Positions 1-11,427 of a DNA stretch of 54,855 nucleotides are shown here, piece after piece; the stretch's first letter is position 1; each line of letters opens with the position of its first letter. The notes beneath the pieces were generated by a model, which searched no databases, was not told where the DNA came from, and was given only the letters and a program-made list of their open reading frames with translations. A program made the translations under genes and the position numbers. The DNA comes from Prorocentrum cordatum (lineage: Eukaryota): the NCBI GenBank assembly GCA_963575745.1, contig CAUYUJ010000208.1, positions 62,001-116,855 of the forward strand, written 5' to 3'.

Positions 1-2845
1 GCATCCGTTCACGAAGCCCCGGTCCTTGTCGATGTTGCGTGTCAGCCGCAAGCGCATGCCCTTCCGGAAGATCATGCGGCCCCCGCCGGCGCCAGGGTCG
101 CCGGGCACGCCGTGGGCGCCCAGCTCCTCCTCGTCGATGCCGAACTCCATCCGGAGGCGAAGGAGATTCAGGGCGCGCGCCGCGGCGTTCGTGACGGTCA
201 GGAACGTGAAGTGCTTGCCCGCGCGGTCCTTCTCCATGGCCATCGCGTGCTGGACGGCCTGGGCCCCGCCCCGGCGCAGGCGGCGGCCCTGGAAGAAGTG
301 CGCAAGCATGCCCCGCGTCGGCTGGCGCTCCCGCGCGTAGGACAAGAAGTCGGGCATCGGCGCGTCAGTGCATCGGGCGAAGGGGTGCTGCTGCAGTTCC
401 ACGTGCCGCATATTCCCCTGCCGGGCCTGCGCGAGGAGCGAGCTCTGCATGACCGAGGCGCCGTGGATGGGCTGCAGCTGGTGGAAGTCCCCGACGAAGA
501 CCACGAAGGGCCCGGGGCTCAGCTCGCGCAGCGCCGTCCGCATCTCCCGCCACACGCGGTCCTCCGGCTGCGAGCATTCGTCGAACACCAGGAGGTCGAA
601 GTGCCGCAGCCTGCCGGGTGGGACGTATTGCGCGTCGGCCTTCCGCGTGATCTTGAAGCTGCTGTGGATCGTCCCCGCAACAATGTCAAGGCCGGGCGGG
701 AGCTGCTGCCGGTACACGCTCACCAGCGCGCCGATGGGGCAAGCGATCAGGACCCGGCAGCCCGTCGACGCGGCGTCGATGGCGCACTGCAGCACCACGG
801 ACGTCTTGCCGGTCCCAGGCCCGCCGGTGACCAGCAGGAAGCGCGACATCGGCGCTACGTTGGCGTCCGCCACCTCGACGCCAGCCCTCACCGCGTCGAG
901 GACCTGGTTCTGCTCGGGGGACCAGATGAGCTTCTCCACCCGGCGCTCCTTCCTGAGGTCCCACGCCGCCACGGCTCTCCGGCGCGCGTCCACGTCCTCC
1001 ACGGCGTCGATCCGGCGGATCAGGAGCCGACAGGCGCGCAGCCTCGCCACGAACGTGCGGATGCGAGCGGTCTTGAGGCCGCGCAGCACCATGTCCTTGA
1101 CCACTTCCTGCAGCAACCCCGGGTTTGCCGCGTCGTCGTTGTCGAAGTTGTCCTGCGCCGCCACCAGGGCCGCCTTGAGGCGCCGCGTGCCGGCCGCTGC
1201 GTCGTCCGCGGGCCACAGGGCTTTCGCAGGCAGAACGGGCACGCCCTCGCTCATGGCAGCCCGTAGCGCGTCCGAGTCGGCCGCGCGCGGGAGGAACATC
1301 GCGCACCAGGCGCCGACGAAGTTGTCCAGGAGTTCGAACGGGAATCGCACGGCCAGCGCCTGCATAGACTTGTCGGCGCCCCTGCCCCGGCGCGGCTGCG
1401 ACGGCGCCGCGCGCCCATTGTGAATCTTCCGCTCCCTGGCCCACTGGATGTATGAGAGCTCCTGGCTGGGCCGCGCGTCGCCGATGGCCAGGGCCACTTC
1501 CTCGCGGAGGTCGCGCTCCAAGTACGCCCTGTGCAACAGGTCGCCGTCGTTTACGCGCGACGCGTCTGGTGCCGTCCTGTCGCGCGGGAGCGGCGCGTAC
1601 AGGTGCCTCCCGCGGTAGCTGGCAAGCATGAGTGGCTTCGTGGCGAACTCCACCGTCATCTCAGGCTCCAGAGGGGCCTTCTTGCAGAGCAAGCGATAGG
1701 TCTGCCGCCAGGCGCCGCAGTGCTCCGCCTCGCTCTCGCGCGATTGGAATTGCAGGGCGTCCGAGCCCTTCATCTCGTAGCTTGTGACATAGTTCAAGAA
1801 GTTGTGGTGGCCATTGTTGCACTGCGCGTCCGCGGATCCAGTGAAGAGTTTCTCCAGGAAGCGCAGCGGGCGAGGGTCCTCGGGCACAATGCCAGGGTCC
1901 GTGCCCCCCGGGGGGCGCCCGGCCATGCTGGGAGCGTACCCGAAGATGTTCGCCTTTGTATCGAACTCGACCCACGCCAGCACGTGCACGCGCAGCGTGC
2001 CCCGCCCCTGGAACTCGATGCGGAGAACGTATTGGAAGACGCGCTCGAAGCCGCACTCGGACGGGCTCGCGAGAACGACCTTTTCAAACAGCGTCGTGAT
2101 GGTGTGGCACAAGTGCAGCGTCAGGGCGGGCTGCAGCTCAGTCAAGTCAGAGGCCTCGCGCACGCGCGCAAACATACCGTCGTGTAGCAAAGCCTTCCAC
2201 TCGGCTGGGGCAATCGTCATGAAGACGTTCGGGAGCCCACGCTTCCACTCGGACTCCACGTCGCGGGCAGCTCCCGGCCCTTGAAACGAGGCCACGTACT
2301 CCGGGTGCTCCGCCATCTGCCTGCAGACGTCCTCCAACTTCTCCCGCTCCCACTGCCAGAAGCCCGAGAAGTTCTGCATCTCCCTGGCCGGCTCGTCCGG
2401 GGCAATGCGCTGCTGCTTGGCAATCGCGACCAGGGAGGACAGCTGCCGCGCCAGCGCGATATCGTAGAGCAGCGCGAACAGAGGGAAGTCCGTCTGGTAG
2501 GCCACGCACCGGCTGCACAGCTTCCGCATGAAGCTCGCCTTGATGCTCGGCTTCCCGTTCTCTGCGGCGAGGTTCAGGGCGCGCAGGCGCGGGCGCAGAT
2601 CGGAATCGCCAAAGGCGGACGTCGGGTACAGGACGGGCCGAGCCGCCGCCTCGACCCCGGGCATCCGGAGGAGGAGCTCCGCGGTGTAGATCCAGCGCGC
2701 CCCCTCGCCCGCTTCCTGCAGGGCTGCGAGCTTCTGCAGGTGCATCTCGTAGTAGCGCCGGTAGGCGTCCGAGTGCTCCATGAGCCGCGCGAAGGCTGCC
2801 CGCGCTCGCGGGGTGGGCAGGCCCGCCTGGACATCGCGCGCGCGC
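1..2845 (-). CDS. Helitron-like Rep (HUH Y2) + PIF1-type SF1B helicase, main intronless reading frame; runs off the window start
   Basis: Manual translation of the minus frame (codons at 3n+1..3n+3) shows no stop. Rep motif 1 PNVFMTIAPAEW (~2197-2232), motif 2 RIEFQGRGTLRVHVLAW (~1972-2022) and motif 3 YVTSYEMK (1768-1791). Helicase motifs GGPGTGKT (802-825), TIHSSF, LLVFDEC (~574-594), GDFHQL (~475-492) and GMRLRLTRNIDKDRGFVNG (4-60). It is missing from the ORF track because it has no stop inside the window. Confidence 0.92.
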
Positions 2846-3849
2846 GCCACCGGGCCCGGACCACGCTGGTCTTCTTCTTGCAGGCCGTCGGCGCGCGGCC
2901 GCCCCGCACAGAGGTGTAGTCGCACTGCAAGTTAATGATAGGCAGCGACGCGGCCTCCTCCTCCGTCAGCTCAAAAACGCATCGCTGGGCCGCTCCCTCG
3001 TCGCCCGCCGCCGCGCGGAACGTCCCGGCTCTCGCGTCGTAGACGGGCCAGTCGCTCGCGGCCGGCGTCACGTAGTACTTCGCGTTGCCGGAGCGAGGCT
3101 GCGCCGCGGCGGCCCTGCAGCTGGCGCACGCGCCGCAGTGCACCACGCGGCCGGACTCGCTGGCGCCCGGGGGCGTCGACGGGCTTGCCCCAGTGCCAAA
3201 CGCCGCTGCACTGCGTGCACGCGACCCATTCCGCCCCGGCCACCGCCGCTGCCCACTCACCGGCGTCCACGCACGCAGACCGAGGTGCCAGGCGCCGGGG
3301 GGCGGCGCGCTCCATCGCCGACGGCGGCAGGTCGCGCCCGCCGGGGCAGGCCGCGGCGGCGGTCTCGACAGAGAGCCCGTGGCCGCCCACGGCCCAGTCG
3401 CGCTGCGGCGGCCGCAACGAGGGCAGAACGTCCAGGACCCGAGTGCCATCCAGCGCCGGCCTCGGCGAATGCCGTCGGGCGCCTCAGCATCCTCCGCGGG
3501 GCCTCCGCTCAGCTCCTCCACCGGCCTCGGCGGGCGTCCAGCGCCCACAGCGAAGCAGCGGTTCGATTCGGTCAGCCAAGTCGAGGCGGCGTCGGCGCGG
3601 CGCGCCCGACGCGGTGCCCGCGATCGCCATCGGCGCGGCCCCCTCGGCATTGCACTGGAGGCGCAACTCCCGCGCCCGGCGCGCGCTCAAGCCGAAGTCC
3701 CTCCTCAGATCGCTCGGGCCAGCTCCGTCCCGTACCGCTTCGGCGACGCGTGCGTGGTCAGCAGCGCTGAGCGTGGCCCTGGTCGCGCCGGCTCGCACCG
3801 CTTGGGCGACGCGCGCGGTCAGTCGGTCTGGGGTCAGTGGCGCGGCGCA
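2846..3849 (-). pseudogene. Frameshifted N-terminal part of the Rep-helicase gene (third HTH-like repeat plus CxxC zinc-finger-like motifs)
   Basis: Protein-like segments switch between frames: ATLSAADHARVAEAVRDGAGPSDLRRDFGLSARRARELR, WTFCPRCGR, WVACTQCSGVWH, HCGACASC, YYVTPAASDWPVYD...LPIINLQCDY. The last shift lies in a (CG)n run at ~2836-2847. Confidence 0.7.
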
Positions 3850-4240
3850 CTGTGGTGAGCGAACAGCCGAGGCACGAATGCTGTCTCGCGGGCACAGCAG
3901 CGAGGACGCGATGCGCGTGCGTCCGCGCGCCCCGCAGCGAGCGCGTGAGGTTGCGAGGGGCGCTTCGCCGCGAGGCGACGACACGCGAAACGCGAGAAAG
4001 ATGGAGCCGCGGTTTTGTCGGATGCGCCGCGGCTAGGTCGCCGCGGAGGGAGCGCACGCGAGCGTTCACCGCGGCACCGGCCAGCCTTGCCGCGCACAGG
4101 AACAGTCATGCGTGGCGGCTAGGCCGCCGCGGAGGGAGCGCGCGCGACCCGTCCGCGGCGCCGACCAGCCTTGCCGCTCGCAGGTTCCATAATTGTTTGC
4201 GGCAGGCGGGGCGCCCATCTTCCTGTGGGCGCGTTTCGCC
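3850..4240 (+). repeat. Split direct repeat A1 (391 bp)
   Basis: Appears identical to 13933-14323 (offset 10083). Confidence 0.95.
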
Positions 4241-5808
4241 TGCCGTTTCGGGCCCTGGCCCCGCGGCGTTTCGCTCTGGCCCCGTGTCCCTGGCCCTTTC
4301 TCTCTCGCCCTTCTGTCCTTCGGTGTCCTCCCGCCCCCTCTCGCGCCTGGCCCTTTCCCCTCTGCTGCGCTCCGCTCTCGCCCCGGCCCGCCTCTTGCCT
4401 CTCGCCCCGCGGCCCGCCGCCGGCCCTGTTCTCGGCCCCTCGGCCTCCCGTTCTGTCCCGCCGTCGGTCCCTTCGCTCGGTCTCTCGGTCCTGCCGTCCT
4501 CCCGCGCGCCGGTCTCCGCGCCGTCCGCCCCGCCGCGCGTCGGCGGGTCGCTCGCCCTCCGCTTCGCCCGCCGCGCGCGCAGGTTCCTCCTCCTTCTCCC
4601 GCGCGCGCGCAGGACAACCGCGGCCCCGCCGAGGCGGGCGGGCCGCGTTGGCTCAGCGCGCGCAAGACCAATCGCGGCCCCGCCGAGGCGGGCGGGCCGC
4701 GCTCTCGCGCGCGTGCAGATTGATTTCGACCCGCCGAGGTGGGCGGGCCGCGCGATGCGCCCAGGCCGAAGGGCGCCCCGTTCTGGCCCCGTCGCCGCGT
4801 CGTCGTGTCGTCGTTGGCGCGTCGCGCCGCCGCCGCCGCCGCTGCTGCCGCTGCGCCGTCGCGTCCGTGTCGCGTCGGCTCGTCGTGCTCTGTCGCGTCG
4901 TCGTCGGGGCGTCGTGCTGCCGCTCGCCGCTGCCGCCGGTGTGTCGCTGCGGCCGTCGCCGTCGTGCCCGCCGCCGCCGCTGCGGTGGCCGCCGCCGCCG
5001 CCGCCGCTTCGTGTCCCGCTTCCGCTTTGGCCCCGGCGGGGCCTGCCCCGGCTCCGGTGGGGCCCGCTCCGGCCCTGGTGGCGTCCCGGTCCCTCCCTGG
5101 GCGCGGTGCTCCGCTCCTTCGTCGCCTCTGCTGGACGCGGCTCGTTTCGCGGCGGGCGCGCTGGGTCCCGGGCCGGCGCCCCGCCCGCTCCTCGTCGTTT
5201 TGCTTGGCTCGAAAGTTCTTTTCTGCCCATGGTCGGGCATCTGCGCAAGTGTGCGCACGGGGCTCGTGGACTCGCGGCAGGAGATCTGGGTTGTTGTGAC
5301 ACCCAGACTACCTGCTGCAAGTCCGCGAGTACCCACCCCGGCGCCTCGCGCCCGCAACTGGCGGGCAGGCGGACCGCCGGGGACATCCGTACCTGCGTTC
5401 GGCTCGTGTCGGTCGGCCCGGATCGGCCCTGGTGCCAGGCCGGCCCGTCCGGACTCCTGCAGAGACGGCGACTCGCGTTGCCCGTGCAGTCCCGGTCGAG
5501 CGCGCCAGACGCAGCGCGCGCGCGACCAGGTCGATGTTAAAGTCGCGGCGCCAGCGAGCCCGTTTCCCGCAGTGGCAGATCTCGTGGAGGTTGGGCTCGC
5601 AGCGCGCCCCAGCAGCGGCCGCGGCGGTGCGCGGTAGGACATGGAAAAGGATTTAGACGGCTTGCGCCAACCAGGCAAGGGAGATGTGGAGTGTGATCGG
5701 GCCCATCGGGGATCACGCTGACTCCACTAGCGTCGGCCCACTGAGGCCAGGACACGGCACGACCAGGCAAGGTGGCGATGCCCGGATCATCATCTCCGGG
5801 GGGCGCTC

Positions 5809-6410
5809 GGCCCACTGGGGCCCCGCCCGCACCGGCACGTTCGATTGAACGTGACCGGTGGGTCCACTGGGACCCCTTCAGGGAGCAGCGTGCACGCCCA
5901 TGTTGGCTTTGCCCGTACCGGCGCGCTCACTGGACGCGACCGGTGGTCCACTGGGACCCCTCTCCCTCCGCTCAAGGGCTGCAGGCAGGCCCACTGGGGC
6001 CCTGCCTGCACCGGCGCGATCGATTGGACGTGTCCGGTGGGTCCACTGGGACCCCATCAGGGAGAAGCGAGCAAGCCCACGTTGGCTTGCCCGTACCGGC
6101 GCGCTCACTGGACGCGACCGGTGGTCCACTGGGACCCCTCTCCCTCCGCTCAAGGGCTGCACGCAGGCCCACTGGGGCCCTGCCTGCACCGGCACGATCG
6201 TTGGACGTGACCGGTAGGTCCACTGGGACCCCTTCAGGGAGCAGCGAGCAAGCCCATGTTGGCTTTGCCCGTACCGGCGCGCTCACTGGACGCGACCGGT
6301 GGTCCACTGGGACCCCTCTCCCCCCCGCTCAAGGGCTGCAGGCAGGCCCACTGGGGCCCTGCCTACACCGGCACGATCGTTGGACGTGACCGGTTGGTCC
6401 ACTGGGACCC
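5809..6410 (+). repeat. Tandem array (~180 bp period, ~3.3 copies) with about 10 CCACTGGG cores in the retrotransposon leader
   Basis: Units start at ~5810, 5990, 6168 and 6346. Most cores read GGTCCACTGGGACC (5-bp stem, 4-nt loop). Confidence 0.9.
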
Positions 6411-6946
6411 GCTAGCCCTATGTTCTCCCAGGACGGCCTTTTGGTGGCCCCGCTCCTGGGTGACAGTGACGCGCCAAGGCCTGGCGCCCCGTTCGGGGCA
6501 GCGGACACCCGGCGCGAGCTGCGGGAGCAAGCGGCACCGACAGCTGAGAACGACGGACGGCCGGCGGCTCCGGCGGACGGTCCGGGCGGGGCGGTCCGGC
6601 TCGCTTACGAGGCTCCGCCATCCCGCCCGCCCCCCCCGCTCTCCGGGGCCCGCGTGTCGGGATTCGTGGCGCATGCGTGATCTCGCGCGCAGGCGGACTC
6701 GGGCCCCGTTACCGTTCCCGTCGCCGGTCGCACGTCGGTTTCTCCGAGGCTTGCATTCGATCGTGCTTCGTGGCGGCTTCGCCGTGTCGGCCTCGGCCTC
6801 GTCTTTCCCGAGGCTCTCGCCCACCCGCCGACCCGCCAGTCCCGGTACCTCGTGTTCCGCGAACGTGCGACAGAGCGAGCCGCGCCGCGCGGACAGTGCA
6901 GCGGACTCCAGGTTTCCCTTCGTTCGCCGCGCAAACAATTGCCGCC

Positions 6947-8465
6947 ATGGAGGCGGCCGCTGCCTTGCGTTTCTTTCTCAAGAAGCATGCGATGGCGACA
7001 GGGGCTCCAGACCCGGACACATGGCTGAATGACATGGTCGCGATTCTCGACCGAGCGGAGGCACGTGTCCGCCGCCCGCGCGCGCGCTCCCGCTCCCGCC
7101 CGCGCGTCCGTGCGCGCGATCCGGCCGTCCCGCGCGGCCACCCGCGCGAGCGTCCCGTGCAACAGGTGTACACCCCGCAGGCACTCGTGTACGTCAACAC
7201 AAAGAAGATTGAGATCTCGCCTGGAAAGGCTCACGCCCTCGACCAGGCTATACAGGCAAGCGCGCGCCCAGAACCGCCGCGACGGTCGCCCTGCGACCGC
7301 CGCCGTTCAGGCGGCGAAGAAGGAGTTCGCACCTGCTGGGACCACCGCGCCTGCCGGGCCAGCGGCACCCGCAGCGGACCCGCTGGCGGAGCTCACCCGC
7401 ATCCTCACCAAGGATGACGCCCCGACGGTTCACGTCGACTTCCAGGCGCAGCTGAACGCCATCACCCTGGCCAACTTGCCCACCGCGGCGTGGCCCAGGC
7501 GCGCCCCCCCCCCTCCCAGCCTGTTTCGCCGGTCCGCGGCCGCCCGTCCGGCCGCGTCGCGTCAGGACCGTGCGCGTCGATTCCCTCGCATCCGAGGTCG
7601 ACCGCCTACAGAAGAAGAAAGGGCTTGCCGCCCCTTTTGTCAACGTCGACTTGCGCCTGTGGCTTCCCACGGGCGCGTCCGCCGTCGGCCGCCCACATGA
7701 CGACGATGCCACCCAGGCGGGCGCGGGCGGCGGGGCCAAGCCTCGCCTGATGAATTGGACCGAGTGGCACCTCGCCTTCGACCAGTACCTCGCTGTCCCG
7801 CCCGCCGACCGTACTCGCGGACCCTCCTCGGCGGCGCAGGTACGCTCTGGCCGCTGCCGCAACGAAGCAGCTCGACTTCGCCGCGGCACTCGCACACAAG
7901 CAGATCTGCCTCCTGGCATCTTGCCGCGCGCGCCCGCGCGCCCTCCGGCCAGCGGATTCCCCGCTCGCTTCGCAGGTAGCGGCCCACGCCCAGCTCAAGG
8001 GCCGCAAAGCCCACCTGGGCGTGTTCTACGACCAGGTCGCCCGCCGCTCCTGGGCCGAGAAGGCCGCCGCTGGCGTCACAGGTTTCCAGGCCCGCCACCC
8101 CGCTCCGCCGCGCGCGCCCGCGCCCCGCCCCCCCGCCGCGGACCTCGGCATCGCAGGTGAGTCAGGCGGCCCTCGCCCTCGACGAGGTGCTGCTCCGCCA
8201 GGCGGAGCGGGAATACGATTTTGACGAGAAGAGCCTCGGCAGCGCCCCCGCCGCCACGAAGCAGGAGGGAGCCGGTCCGGCCCGAGGCCCGGCGACGCCC
8301 AAGCGCAGCCAGGCCCACCGTGCGGGCCATGGCCTGACCGCCCAGCAGAGTCAGCAGAGTCAGCAGGGCAAGCGCAGGGCCGACACCGGGGCCAAGACCG
8401 GCTCCTGGAAGAGCTGGAACAACAAGAGCAACGGCGGGGGCGGCGGCAAATGGCAGCGCCGCTGA
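6947..8465 (+). CDS. Gag-like ORF1 of the YR retrotransposon, 7 exons (~369 aa spliced)
   Basis: GCCATGG start. Proposed introns 7061-7165, 7256-7310, 7499-7565, 7785-7839, 7916-7975 and 8090-8156 give one continuous frame with WTEWHLAFDQYALAAAATKQ...HKQICLLVAAHAQ...LGVFYDQVARRSW and a basic C-terminal tail. The Gag call rests on position and on resemblance to YR-element ORF1 motifs. Confidence 0.75.
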
Positions 8466-8698
8466 TCAGCGACAGCGCGCGCCTGACGGGCACAGCCGTC
8501 AGCACGGCGCGCGGAATTTTGGGCTTGCTGCTAATTAGAGCGTCCGACGCGGTAAAGGGTCCGAGGCGCACCAGGAATGCGCGGGCCCCGCCCTCCCTCC
8601 TGCGCCCTCCACGGCGCCCCCCTCGCCCTCCACGGCGCGCCCCTCGCCTTGGCGCCCCCCTCGCCCTCCGCGGCGCGTGCGTTCAGCTTGCTTTCGCC

Positions 8699-11338
8699 AT
8701 GAAGCGCTTTCGCGAGCACGCGAGCCCGGACGAGCCGGCTCCCAAACGGTCTGTGTCTGATGCTCGCAAGTTGTCTTTCGCCGAAGCGGCCGCCCTCGAA
8801 GGCGATGCCGGCTTCGAGCCGGGCTGCAAGCTTTCGCAGGACACTTTGGCGGCGCTTGAATGGATGGCATCGAGGCCACCCGAAGAGGCGCCCAGGTGCG
8901 CGCGCAAGGCGACCGCGCGCCACGACCGAGCGCAGGTAAGGGAGGAGCGTGAAGGGGCTGTTCTGCGGGTCCTCTCCATGGCACATCAGTTCAGGACGGC
9001 CGGATTCGTCGAAATCTGGGGTCGCGGCGCGGACCCGGGCGTCGCCAACGTAGCATCCGGCGTCAACGGCCCGCTCTTCGAACGCCTGGTCGCCGATGTG
9101 GACTTCCACGACCCGAAATGCGTTGACTTCTTCCGTGAGGTGCAACGCGCGAGGGGCGGCTCTGCTTCTCGCGCCCGACGGAGCGCGGCCGGCGAAGGGT
9201 GCACCGCTGATTGGGACACTCGAAAAATCCGGCACGGGGACGGAGATGGCGCATAAGCCGCTGATATCAGCGGAAGAGATCCTTCGAGGCCGGCGCGCGC
9301 GCGCGTCGGCAGGGGCCCGGCTTCTCCTCCCTGGCCCCCCGCCCCGCCGCGCGCCAGCCAATGCACGGGACAGAAAAGCATTGTTCAAAAGGACACGGCC
9401 AAGCCCGTGCGACGAAGCGCTGCACGAGGGCGCACTCGCCGACGCGAGCGCGGGGCGATTGACGACGCCCCGGCGACTGAGCCCCGACGACGTGCCCCCG
9501 GATGCCGCGGTAATCCCCCGCTTCGGCGTGGAGCAGGGGACGCGGCCGGACGGCACCGCTAAGGTACCCCGACGGCCGCCCGCGCCGCTCATTCGCGGAC
9601 CGCCGCCCGCGCGCCAGGTGCGCGCCGTAGACGACTGCAGCGCGGCCCACCTCAACAAGGGTACGGAGCCGCAGGAACGGATGAAGCATGACACTGTCGA
9701 CGCGCTGTTTGACGCGTGTCGGAAATTGGCGCGACGCGTTTCTCGGGCCCCGACGCCGCGTGCGCTCTGCCCTGTTCAGGCACCCCTGGGGCCCTTGGAG
9801 CTCTTCAAGGCCGATATTGATTCCGCCTTCCGCAGAATCCCCTTGCGCCCGGAGCACCGACGCTTCGCTTGGGTCATCTATTGCTTCGCCGGCGTCACCT
9901 GGGGAGCCCAGCACGTTGCCCTCCCGTTCGGAGCAGGCCCGCGCGGGCCATCCCGCCCCACCCGCCGCCCCGCCGCGCGTCGCGGCGCAGTCAGCAGCGT
10001 ACACAACTGGGAGAGAATCGGCGCGGCCCTAGTGGCCATCTGCAGGCGCCTCTTGCGGATCCCAATCCTGAGGTACGTCGACGATCTGTTCGGCGTCGAG
10101 CGCTCCGGGGAGGCCCGTCTCGCTCTGTCCCCTCCCCCCCTTCCGTCGCACCCGGTCGACCCTCTCCGCGCTCGCGCAAAGGCCCAGCACGCCCTCTCGT
10201 GCGTGGTCCGGGTGATCAGGTGCATCCTGGGCCCTACGTCGGTGGCCGATAAGAAAACTGAGTCGGGCCCGTCGCTCGTGATTCTCGGACTAGCCATCTC
10301 GGTGCACCGCGCGCGACGCGTTCGCGAATGGGGGGCTAGGGCACTGTGCGTGCGGTGTCGCAGACCTCACGCAAAGGGCTGATTGCGCGCCCGTCCAAGG
10401 ACAAGGTCGACAAATGGACGAACCGAATCAGGACGGCGCTTGACGACGGTTCGATGACCGCAGGCGCGCGCGTGATCGCGCGCCGCGCGCGCCGGGGGCG
10501 ACACCTTTCTTTGCACAGGTGGGGCCGCCAAGCTCGCGGGCGCGTTGTCGTGGGCGGCGTCGTGGCAATTCCGCAAACTAGGCCGTGCGATGCTGCGGCC
10601 CTTGTTCGCCCACGCACACTCGGGGCGTCCGTTTCTACCGCGCCCCGCCCTGCGCAGCCTGGCGTGGTGGTTGGAAGTGTTGCAGAGAAGCGTTGCAGAG
10701 ACAAGGGAATGGGAGCCCGCGGACACCCGCCCGCCGGTCCTTGCCTTCGCTGACGCCCGGGGCGAGCCCCCACGAGCGGCCGCCGTCCTCTGGATCGACG
10801 GACGTTGGGAATACACAGACCAGATGCCGCCGGCCTGGCTAACGAGGCCCCGATCGCGCGCCGGCGACCGATCGATGCAATTCGGCCTGCGCGCAGGCAA
10901 TTCCAGCAGCGGAGCGACGATCAGATCGCCGGACTCGAGATGCTCGCTTCGGCCTTGGCGATCTCCACCTGGCAGAAGGAGCTCCGGGGCCGCAAGGTTC
11001 GCCTCTTTAGCGACAACACGATCGCCGAATGGTCGTTCCGAAAGGGATCAGCGAAGTGCTGCGACCACGGGGCCATCGTCCACCACTTCTGGTCGGTGAT
11101 CGGGCTGCTCCAGATCAACCTCCGGATCGACCGTGTCCCTTCCGGCGGGCCCGCGCGTTATCTCTGTCAGGTCGGGTCCCACTCCCGCGGCGCGCCAGTT
11201 GATAACATTTCTGACCTGCCCAGTCGGGAGGATTATGATCTCATGACACGCATTGGGGCCACCTGGAGGCGCCCGTGGCTGCGGCCAGAATTCTGGGACC
11301 TCCAGCTGCCATGCCAGCTCGCGGCCCGTCCCGTCTGA
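8699..11338 (+). CDS. Reverse transcriptase-RNase H, 12 exons (~671 aa spliced)
   Basis: RT motifs KADIDSAF, LPFGA and RYVDD; RNase H motifs AFADARG, IAGLE, FSDN and DNISDLPSR. Introns 8888-8935, 9140-9197, 9289-9357, 9564-9617, 9729-9779, 9937-9990, 10113-10181, 10302-10363, 10464-10518, 10847-10896 and 11145-11198 each match an insertion relative to the intronless homologue at 26211-27948/38024-39503. Confidence 0.92.
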
Positions 11339-11427
11339 GCGCTCTCGCGGCCTCGCCAGTGCTCTCCTTCCCCCCGCTCCTGCTCTCCCGCCCACCCGTC
11401 ACCCCGCGCTCGCTCGCGCGTAGCGTC

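Noticed and set aside
26..2919. Long plus-strand ORFs (112-1266, 1531-2187, 2281-2919)
   Set aside because: They are antisense shadows of the minus-strand Rep-helicase frame.
3837..5678. Several 340-570 aa ORFs on both strands
   Set aside because: They are Arg/Pro/Ala-rich products of very GC-rich low-complexity DNA with no recognisable motifs.
5809..6410. CRISPR-like appearance of the palindromic repeats
   Set aside because: The intervening sequences are themselves repeated, there are no cas genes, and the context is eukaryotic.
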